From Selaginella moellendorffii (lineage: Eukaryota > Plantae > Lycopodiophyta): a stretch of DNA of 64,000 nucleotides. The number at the start of each line of letters is the position of its first letter. Positions within the stretch are counted from its first letter, which is position 1. The stretch covers positions 191,261 to 255,260 of the forward strand of contig NW_003314312.1 in the NCBI RefSeq assembly GCF_000143415.4, in the 5' to 3' direction. Positions 1-13,018 of the stretch are shown here, one piece after another. A program made the position numbers and the translations under genes. A model generated the notes under the pieces. That model made no database searches. It had not been told where the DNA came from and saw only the letters and a list, made by a program, of their open reading frames with translations.

Positions 1-3000
1 GCTTGATTGATGTCAAAATGCAGAGGATCAGCCCCCACTGCAGTTGGAATGCGACTGAGACATCTGAAAAAAGAAAAAAAAAAAAAAAGAAGCCCGTAAT
101 GTTGTGTGCATATAAAAATGAATCAACATACTCTGCCGCAAAAACGCGCGTTGTATAACGAGGTAAAAGATCAACTTCTCTCCTTACTTCAGATTTCGCT
201 GGCTCGGAATTTCGAGAACCAATCATGCTACCTTCATCATCTTCACCCACTGGCTCTTCAGCTCCACCAATTGCATTAGAGGACGAAACATTTGGTTTCG
301 AGCTCGCAAGGACCTACATCAACAGTACACAGGTCAACTCGTATAGACTCACATAACAGAACTTACAAATTGATCTTACAACAGTGCGGCATATTTGAAT
401 CCAGCGAGAGGTGTACGACGGACAGGCTGAATCCAGAAGGCGTTGCAGCGTCAGACGGACGGTTTTAATAATCCTGAAAATAGACACTTTGAAAAACAGC
501 AGAGTGAAACAGGCTTACTTTGAATCAGTTTCGGTATCTAGCATTGCAAATAAATCTTCCTCAATCCTTTCGTTATTCATGGCCACCTGAAAAATCACGT
601 TAGGACTTCTTTCACAGGAATCCTTTAAAAGTACTGGATCGCGTTCACAGAGATGCCTTAACGTCGAAACTGCAGCATGCCTCAAAGATGGCTGCAATAG
701 TAATAGATTAGATATAGACAATATTATTGATAGCAAACCTGCTTCGAGAACAACGTCGGAAGAAGGGTCTCAACGTGAGCATGGACGGGAAGAGCCTGTG
801 GAGCGAAAACCACCAACTGTTGTATATATCTCACGCCCCTACGTTAAAACACAAAAATAAACAAGAGTCCAGAACATGTACACCCACTCACTCTAAAAGC
901 GCTCCTGGTTCCTCACCAGAACTTACGACTGATACAACGGACTACATAAGATCCCTGGTCAGTAATCTGAGCTGCGGGCTTGAAATGTTACCTTGCACCG
1001 CGAGTAAAGTGAGCTTCCAAAGGATAATTCGGGCCCAAGAACAGCCACAATAGCATTCACCACACGACCAATGCTCTCTCGTATTTCTGGATGATTATGA
1101 TCCTCAGATAGTATGATATCCATAACTAGAGTCAACGTCGCCTGCAAGACACAAATATCACTTTTATTCACACACACAAAAAATACCTGCACATGCGGAA
1201 CAAACGATAGACCAGCAGATTCGATGGTAAGCCATAAGCCATGCAAAATCCAGACGTGGTGCCCCTCTTTAGCGTCCCGAGCCATTGAGCATATGGCTTG
1301 CACAGTTGCTGGAACAAGAGCTGAAAGTGCCATACCCCCTACACTGTAACATCAAAAGATTATTAGCATCAACAGCCTAGATAAAAGCCCGTATAACCTG
1401 CGATGAATACATCCAAGAACGAATGCAACTGAGCCTTTGTGCAAAGATTCGTTTGCTCCACCTACATCGCTCAAAAGAGATCGCATCTGCAAAAAAAAAA
1501 AAAAAGGATTGTTTGACATGGGCAACGGCATCGATACCAGACGTGCAGCGTAAACATCTGTTCCCATTTTTGCCAGTAAGCCAAGTCCTTCGGCAGCAGC
1601 ACGGCGGTGGGTCGTGGCACTTGTTTCTTCCGAGAGAATGTCCTGCACGTGCTACAGTCAGTAAAATGGACTTGCTTATACAAATAATCTGACCTCAAAC
1701 AACGTCTGAATACGTTTCAAAACCTCTCCTTCAGGATGTTCTTGAATCCGTTGTACTACAGATTTCTAAAAGTTGTAGCAATATAAACAATGAGCATAAA
1801 AATAATCACAATAATGTTGCATACCTTAAGACTTCCAAGTAGCGCAACACAGATATTTGTTAAGCTCGCATCATACGAGGGCTTTTTCCCATTTTTAATT
1901 GACATTTCCATCACGTCCAGCACTTGTAGCCTTGTAGTTTCGGACTGGGAATTTCCAGCAAAATAAATAGATGAGCCAAGTTAAACTATATCATTACCTG
2001 GGTTCCAAAAAGTGTTCCCAAGCACAACATCATCTCGTCGACGAGCGTGGTTTCCATGGGAACCGGCTGAAATAACTCATTGTTAACAGAAGCATAATAA
2101 AGGCACGTGACAAACCTGTGGAAACGCAGGCACTTCCTCCCATACACATGGAAGCAATCCGTCTCCACCACCTTCGAATGCACGCATTTCGTCTTGAAAT
2201 GAATCTCTGAAGAGAAAACTATTAAATCGTTCTTTAAAAAAAACGCTTTACAACCTTCCAGGTAGCCATGGACCAAGTGAGGCATCTCTTGTATCAAGCA
2301 ACAAACGCAAAGAAGAGCTTTCCCCATAGCTCGAAGGTTCTCTGTCAGAATTGAAGGTTAGAGAAAAACACCAGATGGAACGCATACCTGAAAGGAGCAG
2401 TACAAATCCTCAAAAGTTGGGTATGCTCGTTCTTGTAGGAAAGTGGAGCCGGAAGCGTTCTGAACGCCCGTAGGACTTTGATTATAAAAACATCAACGAA
2501 TGGTTTTAAAGGTGGAGTTGCTTGCTGTAGCACGGTTGACGAAAGGCACGAGAGGGAACTGGAAAAACAAATTTAGAAGCACATCAAATTGAAGCTATCA
2601 GAAAGGAGCATGCATTACCCGCTCAAATATCCAAGTACGGGTTGAATTAGCATTCCTTCGCGCTCAGGAGAAATATGAGCCATTAAGTAGTTTTTAACAA
2701 AAGCCGTCAGTGCTTCGACTGCTGCCGACCAGCCACTAGTAAATAAATGTGTCAATTTTGACCCACACATTGTTCGTTCGATATACCTGATTTCGGCAGC
2801 AAGATTTCCTCCCAGTTGTTTAAGCATGCCGTCAATATTTCCAGAAACTGGAGCGGTCCACAGGCTAATCAGCTCACGTTCTTTTTCTCTGAGTTCCTGT
2901 GACAGGTATAGTCAGTATCTAGTATTCCAGTAAGAGGTGCAGCGCACTTCTCTAGGCAGAGATGAAACAAAAGAGCTTATCAGCATCCATCCCGCCTCTT

Positions 3001-5291
3001 TCTCAGACGCTGCAGAAAGAGAGTTTCTAACGGGTTGTAAAACAAGTTTTCTTCCAACGTCCAGAACAGCCAGCGGCAGTCTACACCAAATAAACGTTGT
3101 CAAATGAAACGTCAGCGTACCAGTACCTTGACGGCAGGCCAAGTAATAGCTTCGGGTATGATGCAAGAAGTGCGGCCAGCAACGCAGCCTGTCCATGTAG
3201 TGCACCTAGTTGAAGCTTCAGACGATCACCCTGCAAAGTAACCGGCTAAGAAAAGAAACAGTTTGGCATTCTTAATACCTTTTCTACAGCGACTGCCTCA
3301 TGCACTGCCCACAGGGTTGTCACGGCACAAGACATAACGTTACTTGCAAATGTTGGATCTACTTCCGCAAGTGTCCGCAAAGTTAGCGCTGCTTCCACGC
3401 GTACCTGTTCATCTGATCTAATTTTGGACTACGACTTAAACACGTACCTCTACTGAATAATGCGACGAGCTTGAAACTAGCGCACCGTCCAAAGCATCAC
3501 GAGCAGATAATGTCACCTGTTTTCTTTTTCAAAACAATAGAATTTCACCGAATAAAGGAAGTGTACAAACCTCTCCAAGCGTTGTCAAAAGGTGTGACAG
3601 CGTCCTCAGTAAAACCACAAGCATTGAAGGGCTGTTGTCGGCTAAGTTGAGCTGTTCCAATTTCGCGAGTATAACTAAACTGTTAAGGTAAGGAAAAACA
3701 AATACCTGTTTACATAGCATACTCATTAACTCCTTTTGACCCGGTTCTCCCATTTGCTCAACAATGCCAACACGAAGAATGTACAAGACACAAGCCTGTA
3801 AAGTGGAAAATCTAGAAATTCACATAACATAGCTTCAAAAAATCTGAACCTGGGCGTGTGGGTCTATTTGCGAGTTGGCTGAGCGAAGCAAGTTGATTAC
3901 TTGGGTTGCGTAGGCTCCCAGCTCAAAGTCATTTTTTGAATAGCACAAGTGCATTTCCTGTAAGGTTACAACTTCAAAAGGAACCTTCTTGAGAACTACT
4001 TTACCTGCAAGAAAGCTACCCATGCCATTGCAAGCCCGACCCGAAAGGCTTTATGCCGAGGACCTGATACTGACGAATTATACAGGTTAGATGCCAAGCT
4101 TCTTCCTACCTTTCACAAACGGTGCAACTAGGTACTTGTCCAAAGCGCCTTCCAGAACTTTAGCTGGTGGGGGAGGCGCACCACCTTTCCCTTTTGGTTG
4201 AATCTGTAACACTAGTCAGATAAAGCACAAGCACAACCAAAAATGAAAACACCTGTCCTTGTGGATTCAGCCCAAGTGCGACAAGAGCGCCCAGAGCTGC
4301 TGCAAAGCCATCTTGTACAGACTGCGATGCGTCTTCTAAAGCCTGGAAAAGAAAGTAAAGAACTTTGGATGCTCGAAAAAGGAAATGTTCATCGTACCTT
4401 TAGGCACAGACTAGCGCAATTCTCAAGAGCTCCTGGGCCAAATCCGGGGCCTCCAGTGACAGCAAATAGTCTCAAGCACCCGGCTGATATGGCCTTCACA
4501 CCAGCACTTTTGTCTGTCACGCCCGACTTTAATATCACCCGCAATCCATCTGCATAGGCAGACCAAGGACCAATTCCCCCGCAACCTTCTAGCGCATCGT
4601 GAAGAAGCTGTATCCCTGCCTGTCTTACCGACACCTACGAAGAGCAAGCACAAACTTTTACCGTAAATCGAGCCGTAAGCCAAAATACCTCCTGAAATCT
4701 CATCAGCTTTGCCACTAGAGTGCTCGTCTCTCCAAGATTTGAAGTGATCTTTGGTCCATATGAGCGATATAAAGTGCCCAAGCATTGGGCAGCACCTATT
4801 CCAACCGAGACAGAGATATAAAAAGGATGAAAGAGATAGAGAAGAAGTTTACCAATGAATGAAGAAGGGTCGCCCTTCTTGTTATCGGTGAGCCATCCTT
4901 GAAGACTGCTCGCCCGCGAATAAATAGAAATGCTGTCTCCTTTGATCATCAGTTCTAAGACTGCCGACGCAGCGAGATGTCTCACGGGCGGTCGGACTCC
5001 CAGGAGCAGTAAATTCTGTAGAGCGTCCTCGCATTTCCTCTGGCAGGCCAGAATCCGGTCCTGGAAGCGAGAGAATTCAAGAAATCCAGCATGAGATCCG
5101 AGCGGCGTTGCGATATTTCGACACTATACCGGAGACTCGTCGTCGATCGTCCAGATGAGATCCGCCAGGAGATCGAAGCAAATGAGCGGATCCAAATGCT
5201 GCTGCAACTTGAAGGACGCCGCCATCGATTCGAGCTGCGCGACGAGGACATCGAGCTTGGCGAGCTCGCTGCTCGCCCCACTCTTCCCCAT
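1..5291 (-). CDS. SWEETIE: SWEETIE / HEAT repeat-containing protein 5 (HEATR5B-like), multi-exon, 3' end runs off the window
   Basis: ATG at 5291 (MGKSGASSELAKLDVLVAQLESM...CFDLLADL). Successive short exons encode RHLAASAVLELMIKGDSISIYSRASSLQGWL, HRRAAAEGLGLLAKMG, VWILHGLWLTIESAGLSFVPHVQ and PSLRHAAVSTLRHLCERDP, which I recognise as plant SWEETIE motifs. GT-AG introns. Confidence 0.9.
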
Positions 5292-5603
5292 CACGGAGAA
5301 GAAGCTACACAAACCCTAAATATATCTGTTGCCCTATAATGGGGTAAAACCATATGTTTTCCTTTGATAATATTGATCTCGACAAGCCAAGGAGAAGGTT
5401 TATTTCGCATGTCTTGGAGCTCCAAAGATCCGAGCTTGTGACGATTCTCGGCATATGAGATTCTTCGTCCAGAGGAGAACAGCCATGGATTCTTCCTCCT
5501 CGTTTCTTGGTTTTCCCGGGCAGTAATCTCCTCGATCTAAACAAACTAAAGAATATCTCGAGAGTGTGGCGTCTTGCGGGTGCGGTGTGGCGGACATCTC
5601 CCC

Positions 5604-5699
5604 CTACTCCCAATCGAGGTCAAGGCCGTGGAATCCATTGACGCGCGCCAGGGCGATGGAGCTGTTGGCGCAGGAGGATGGGGCGGCGCCCATCTCCGC
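5604..5699 (-). pseudogene. Fragment of a GH18 class V chitinase
   Basis: Minus strand reads AEMGAAPSSCANSSIALARVNGFHGLDLDWE-stop. This matches the class V chitinase catalytic segment SSI..AR..GFHGLDLDWEYP, with TAG in place of the Tyr codon. No other exons recognised. Confidence 0.65.
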
Positions 5700-8600
5700 T
5701 GTTGGATCCGGCAGGGAAACAGATGCGTCCCACCACGTTGCGCCGTAATCCGAAGCTGCCCAGTGCTGAATCGCCAAGAGCATTCATAATTTTCTCGAAA
5801 GCTGTTCCAACTCCTTCAGTAGGTGTCATGTGGCTCTCACAAGCTTTCCACATTTATCTGGAGTTGGTGGTGTCTTGACTATATGATTATGACCTTGCCA
5901 ATGCACAAACCCTGCCTGTTCAAACGGCTGGGCAGTAGAAAAGTTGAACTGCCTTAAATTGTTTTGACTGTTGAAAAATCCTAGTCGATCACATCTCCAA
6001 GAGTAGATAGGATTTGATTAGATGTAATGTCTCACTGAGTGTGGTTCTTGTTGCTTTTTCCTTGTGGATTCAATTGGCATTGAATCGACAATTTCCTGTG
6101 GGATTCACGCTGATGCCACTACCACCCCTTGTAACACATCAAACTTTTCTCCTAGGAACTCAATTAAAGTACTCATGAAAATCTTGCCAAGCTCCAAGAC
6201 TCAAATCCTAGTGTGAAGGATAGAAAGTTTTAGTGCTCAAATGTAAATGAAACATGGTAAGGATTTAAATGGTTTCTCTTTAATTCTTCCAGTTGCTCTC
6301 TTCATTATGATGTACTTTGCATTTCCCTAATAATAGTTAAAAGAGCACAAGCACATATGGCATTTTGCAAGGGATGTAACTTGTGATCTTCAATGTCAGT
6401 ATCTTGATTTGGATTAAAAAGATGCATCAAGAGGGACAGTAGGCAGATTGGTGAAACCCAGGGCAGGCATAGAAGGTTTAGTACCAAAAGACCTAGAAGT
6501 AATTTTTAATACTCACAATCATATTTAAGACAGTAATGAGTATGGATTGTAATGATACCACCTTATACCAGTCACCATTACATATCTTGTGAGTCTCTCT
6601 TTCCAAGGGTATTTGGATGTTGTATAAAGAAACTTCATTTATATAATAGTCTTGGCAAGGATGGGTTGTTAAGCATTGGACCAATTTATTTGCCTCAATG
6701 AATATTGGTAAGTCAATCAACTCAACACTTACTTTTTTTGCTTCTCTTTCATTTATTCATTCATTAACTATTTAAAAGGTCACCAAGAACCATGAGACCA
6801 ATGGAGTGTTACAACCTTTTAATAAACAATATAGGTATTAACATCTCAACTACAAACAACTAAGTTAGACATCACTATCCTCAATCAAGATGCAAGTCCA
6901 CCAATTAAATCAAGATTAATAAGAGCTCACTACTCTTATAAAGTTTAATAAAATGCAAAGTGCATGATACCATAGAAGAAAGGCATAAGGGTCACTTTTA
7001 AAAAAATGTAATAACCAATTTTCTACTTTAGGTTTAAACTCTGTCCAACTTATTTATCTTAGCCTCAAAAGTTAACATCCCTTTTGGGTCACATCATATA
7101 AATTACCTACTATAGTCTAAGTTAACCAAATCTAATTTTAACCCATTCATTAGTTTGCAATAACTCATGAAAATAGAAGATCAATAAATCAACTACTGGA
7201 AAGTCTAAAAAAATTTTGTAGAAAAATCTTCACCCTAGAAAAAGAATGACTCTCAATCTAGGAATATAAATTCTTAAGACTCAAACTAAATTTCTCCTAC
7301 TTACAACTTTATAAAGGTTCACTTGAACATAATTTTTATGACCCAATAATATATGTAAGCATTGAACATTATGCCCATATATTCATCATCTAACACCAAT
7401 ATTTGCAAATTTTTAATGAATACCCAAAAACTTGATCACAAAGACTATATTTTTTTATATCTATATTGCACTAACACTCTTTTTTAATCACCTTTGAGAT
7501 CTAATATAAAATCAAAACATTAAAAAATAGAAAAATGATATGAAAAATCAAGTTCCAAGGAAAAACTCTTTATCACTTAACATAACAATACCACTTCCAT
7601 TAACACAAATGATAACAGTGTTCATACCTTCTCTATTTAATAATCTACACTAAATATTAACAAATAAACTAACGAGCTATAACAAGTGAATGCTATAACA
7701 TTTTCCAAAACCTCAATGGGTAAACTTTTGAGAAATTATAGTGCCAACACTAGTTTAGCATATAATGGACTACCGTTAAGAACCAAGTCCAAACTAATTC
7801 AATTCTACTATTTGCAAGTAGACTAGCTTTTCCATCAACCACTTTGTGGTTAATCATTATTTGATCAAGCAACTTTGTAAACACATTACTTATAGTCATA
7901 TAGATATGATATAAAAATCACAATGACTTGATCATCAATCAAGTAATGCCACGAGCAATGTTTATCACTACTACAAAGATTCATGTGATTATCAAGTGAC
8001 AACTCAATTTAACAAAATGCAATATGGTAGAGATTTATAACACTCAATACCATTAACTTCGTTCATAATATAGATAAATTTATGCCATTTTTTTTCTAGA
8101 CCAAACTCAAAACTAATCCAACACCAAGTTACTCACGGAGCAATAACAAATTTCTCTGAAAAAGAATTAAGTATTAACATCATAAGTCTCCTAATAGTAA
8201 GCCTAGATAAAATGGTTTAGTGCTTCATCCCATAATTTATCACCCTAGTCCTAGGAGTTAGTTTCTAGGACAATCACAAAAATATATTTAGTTTAGTTTC
8301 TAGGACAATCACAAAAGTTTACTAAATATGAAATGGCATTAAATTGCAAATCTAGATGAGGGAATAGCAATAAGAGGGGCTGAATGACACTAATATATAG
8401 AGTATAATAGCAAGAGTGTATTGGCAGACTATCATTTAGTGTATATTGAGAAACTAATCTTAATATCACAATGGTTCCAAACACTAGCAAGTGCAAATTA
8501 ATGAATGAGTTTCTCTAACCAAGTCAAGTATATTTAACTAATAGCACTTAAAAATTTCATCTTTACACTCTTCTGGCTAAATGCATATACAAAGACTAAT

Positions 8601-9762
8601 TTCTAAATTAGCTTGGGTGGAGATTGACAAAAGGTCCAGCAATATCAACCTCTTACTATCATGGCAGTAAAAAAAAAATTCAAAAAGACTCATTGATTAG
8701 TGAATAAATAGCTCATGAAATCATTAACACAATTATATAAGTCCATCTCTTAGTCTTCACTTTAATTTCAGCTGGATGTTAATTATGCATAGTTAACGTC
8801 TTTGGTTATGCTCAAGACTGTTAGCTAGACGTATTAATGAGATTATCACAATTAAATGAATTCAGGTAATCATTTTGTTTGTACTTGTCTATATTCTTAT
8901 ATGTTATACATAGAGTGTTACCTTTCCATTAAACAAGTATATGATATAATGATGTGAGTTTAGTGTTATCTATAATAAAAGTGAGTTAAAGAGTTATTAG
9001 TGATTGCTTCTAGACTTTGTCATGGATTATTGACATTTATTTTGCTTAATGATAATTTAGCAATGATAGGCTCATTACCAGATGATGTTAAAGAGGATCA
9101 TATTATTGGCCTTGCATTGGTTTCTCTATACTAGCATCTTCTTTAATATTTTCCAGTTGCGTTTAGTTTGTGGTGTTGGATTGCATTGATTCAACACCAT
9201 TAAATGGTGATTCACTCTTTGATGATGTGTTATCTATAACTAAGTACTATTAAAGGATTGATTTTGAATACTGAATAAGGTATTTTCAACTTTAGTTAAC
9301 TTAGTTACTAAAGAGTATTAAGTGGTGATTCACTCTTGCTTTCTTTTAACTTTGTTCTAGTGTTGATAGCATTGAAGTGATGCGTCAATATTGATATTAT
9401 TAATATTGAGATTGAAAAAAAATAAAATGTCTCTCTATGGAATTGATATTGAGTGTCATTAGTCTTGATATAGATAGTGTTGATGATTTAGCTATAACTT
9501 TGTATTATTAGCATTCATGCATTTGCTAGTTAACAACTTTATTGATGTTTAATCAAGTTGAGTAGCAAGTTGGAATTAATTATATATTAAACAAGGTTAT
9601 TTAGTAGGGGTTTGAGTTTTGGCTTTTCCTTGAAAAGTGATTTAGTCAAGGATTATGTTAAGTTTGCAAGAAGAAAAGTTAATGATTAATATTAGAATTT
9701 TTGGTTTTTTGTTGGATTTGAATTGGGATTATATTGATCATTTATAATTCTTTTTATACTTG

Positions 9763-10844
9763 TGTAGCGCATGTGGTTTTGACCTTTATCTTATAGTGAT
9801 TTACCATAAGATAACATCACGAAGTGGAACCTAAATCCTCTTTATGCCACATGCCACATGCCACATGCCACATGTCCAAGGACAGTGGTGTAGAACCCAA
9901 GTTTTAGGGCCTTGGGCCACTGAATGAAGGTACAGTGCCAAACTCCCAAATATGGAGCCAAGGAGCAATGGCACTGGAGCAAGGAATGACTCCCAAGTGT
10001 AACCCAAGGAGTGAAGGGATAGAAGCATAGAACAACTTGGACTAGTCCTAAAGCATCCAACATCCTAATGCTAAGACTAGCATACAAAACGGAGCCAAAT
10101 AGAGTCTGGTGCTATTTCAGTACACCGGTAGCCTAACGCAAGGATATGGGTACTCCACCAGCTAGCATGGTGTGGAGCTTGGGCTTAGACTTAACCGAAC
10201 ATAGAACAATGACAAACATGACTATGCCTCAGATTGGTTAGGCATACCCAACCTACCCACTATCCCTACTATACATTTGGAACCCCCCACATCCCGCCAC
10301 CCCCCTTAGTACCAAGAGTTAGTCTCTGGGATAAGCTTGAAATTTACTAAATATAAAATGTCTATAGATTGCAAATTTGGACACGGGATAAACACCATTG
10401 TGTTCAAGACAATCTCTACATTCCGTAGATATGCCAAATGAGCAAATCTAGACACTTTCCATAAATAGTATTTGGGACCTAAATGAAACTAACACAAAAG
10501 GCATGATAGCGAAGGTGTTTGGCAAACACAGTAAGCTATCATCGAATAATATTGAGGGACTAATCTCAATACGTGAGGGTTTTTATCACTAGCCAGTGCA
10601 AGACATAACGAAATGGGAATTTCTTACTGGGTTAAGTATGCTTAGCTAATAACACATAGGAATTCCGTCCTTATGCTCGTCCGGTCTAAGTACATTCAAA
10701 ATGCCCAGTTAACTCCACTAGCACAAGAGGGACTAATAAAGGGTCTATCAATACCGACCTTCTACCGTCATGGTAGTAAGGAAAGAATATTTGTAAGGAC
10801 TAGCCGACAAGTAATTTTCGATACTCGAAGTCACATTTGTAATA
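9763..10844 (-). mobile_element. Solo LTR, family B
   Basis: Starts TGTAGCGCA and ends CACATTTGTAATA (decayed ...GTGACA). 5-bp TSD ACTTG at 9758-9762 and 10845-10849. Homologous to 21048-21965 in reverse orientation. Contains (ATGCCAC)x4 near 9844. Confidence 0.85.
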
Positions 10845-11057
10845 ACTTGGTATAAAGTAAATTATATCTTGATATAAAAAATGGATTTAAGGATGATAAT
10901 TTGATGATCACTCATTGAGCATAATTTTGTTGTGTTTAGTTTTGAAATTGAGGTAGACATGCTCTTTATTAGCTTTTGTATTATAAAGTTTAGTTTATGG
11001 ATATGTTAAGAAGAATATTGTAGGTTATACTATAATTTCATTTTTGGCATTGTATTT

Positions 11058-11162
11058 TATTCAAACCCAAGGACACTTAACCATAAATATCTCAAAACCC
11101 TTAATTGATTGGAAAAGGGGTTGCATTTTTATTCATGAGTCCTTTCCTCTATATTTAAACTT
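11058..11162 (-). mobile_element. Cassandra TRIM LTR fragment
   Basis: tattcaaacccaaggacacttaacc...ttaattgattggaaaaggggttgca is the reverse complement of the LTR at 23371-23565. Confidence 0.7.
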
Positions 11163-12620
11163 GTAAAATTGATCATAAGTCTCATGCAAACCAATATCAA
11201 TATATAAACAATCAAAAGGAATAACTTAAAAGATGATCCATGAATTTAGCTATAGGCCTTTTTGAGCTTTTGGTTTTTCAAGTTTTCATGTTTATTATTT
11301 CATTTATTAAGTTTTGATATTTAAGATAGTGTTTGCATCTTGTGATCATTAGTGATGATTATCTTTGTCAATAGTTTTTTTTAATTATTGTTGATGCTAA
11401 ATGATTTGCCATTCTTTGGGATGGTGAATTATTTTTTTGAAGATGATTATCCATTTCTATATTAATTGGATAATTGATAATCTTTCATGATAGTTAGTTA
11501 TTTTTTTCAATGGCTTTTGGGTTTCTGCATTACTACATATTCTTTGTGGCTTACTTTAAAATTGTCTTTTGGGTTTAAGATATCGATAGGATGTTGTTAA
11601 CACTTGCTTAAAAAACTTAGGTTTCTTAGTATTAGTGATCAAAATCTATTCAAATTGGCTAGTGTAATAGTTAGCATGAATAAATATTTATTCCTCCTTA
11701 TGATATTTATTCTATTTTGTTGATTATTACTTAAGTTGGTTCTGATAGATTAGAATGTTATTTCCTTTAGGTGACACATTCACAAGTATATTTGATATTT
11801 CTAGACCTTTTGTTAATCTCTATCCAAGGTAGTTAAGAAACTAGTCTTTAGATGTGCACTTGGCAAAAAGAGCATAAGGATGAAATTCCTAAGTGTTATT
11901 AATGTTAACTAGTTTTTAGGTACATTGGTATGGTGTATGCAATGATAAGTATTAGAATTCTAGGCTTGACTTGGTTAGAGAAACTCATTCAATATTTTGC
12001 ACTTGCTAATATTAGAAACCCTTGTAATATTAAAATTAGTGGGGCTATATAGAGTTCTAAGTTCCAAAAGTATATAATTAAGCTAAGGACCTAGTTTTGA
12101 AGGAACTCTCCAGTGGTGGTGCTTCCAAATCGAGTTAAAGTTGGGATGGTGGGAATGAGTATAGATTCAAAAGGTGCTAGAGAGGTTTCCCAAAGAAGTG
12201 CTCAAGAGTAATTCTCACTCCTAAAAGGGAAATCTATTATGGTGCTCTTAACTCCTATGATATGATGCTCCACTTAAGTGGTATGGTGCTCTTGACTCCT
12301 ATAGAGTGGTGCCCCACTTAAGTATTATGTGGCTTATTGGTCCTCATTCCTTCTTAGGGCCTTGAGCCTTCTCTTTAAGATGAAAGTGGGGGAGTAAGTT
12401 ATCCATACCGAGCTATTAAGCCATAGTGTTTCCTTGTGGGGTTCTAAAGTAAGAGATGCATATAAAGCTTGGGATTTAAAATGTTGTACAATCAAATACC
12501 AAGGGATGTTAACTTGGAGGCTTGAGATGTTTGGATATTTGTGCTTGTAGAGAATGTAGTCAAATCTTAAATCCAATATAACATAGGGAGGGGGATTGGG
12601 ATAGGATCTAGGAATATATA

Positions 12621-13007
12621 TGTCAAGACCCCTGACAAGATCAAGATTGGAAAATGCAAAAAGACAAAGAGAAAAGCTAGTGGAAACAAAGAAGAGGCCT
12701 TAGACTGGCGTTGATTCAGATTGTGGAGAAATGGAACAAGGCTAACCTATATATACTATAGGTTGATGAAGCTCCACCACTCTTGGATCGAGGACGGCCT
12801 AAATATAGCTGAGGTCGAGGAGGCGCCACATCATCATTAGGAATGTGGCTCGAGACTCAGGAATCGGGAAGTGTCTCGAGAGTCAGGAATAGGAAAGTGT
12901 CTCGAGAGTCAGGAATAGGGAAGTGTCTCGAGAGTCAGGAATGTGGTCTGCAGGTCAGGAATCCGGCGAGAGTCAGGAATGTGGCAAGAATTGGGGGATT
13001 CCTGACA
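12621..13007 (-). repeat. 3' LTR of element D, with ~26-bp tandem units (GTGTCTCGAGAGTCAGGAATAGG(A/G)AA) in U3
   Basis: Direct repeat of 17818-18204, about 9 mismatches by eye. Confidence 0.95.
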
Positions 13008-13018
13008 GCACCCCCTCC

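Larger units (their letters stand above)
6000..12620. mobile_element. AT-rich, heavily decayed transposon-derived region; includes B-family LTR fragments at ~8290-8700 and, inverted, ~11770-12045
   Basis: No credible ORFs. Segments such as cactagcaagtgcaaa...gagtttctctaaccaagtcaag match the B-family LTR in both orientations. Confidence 0.6.
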
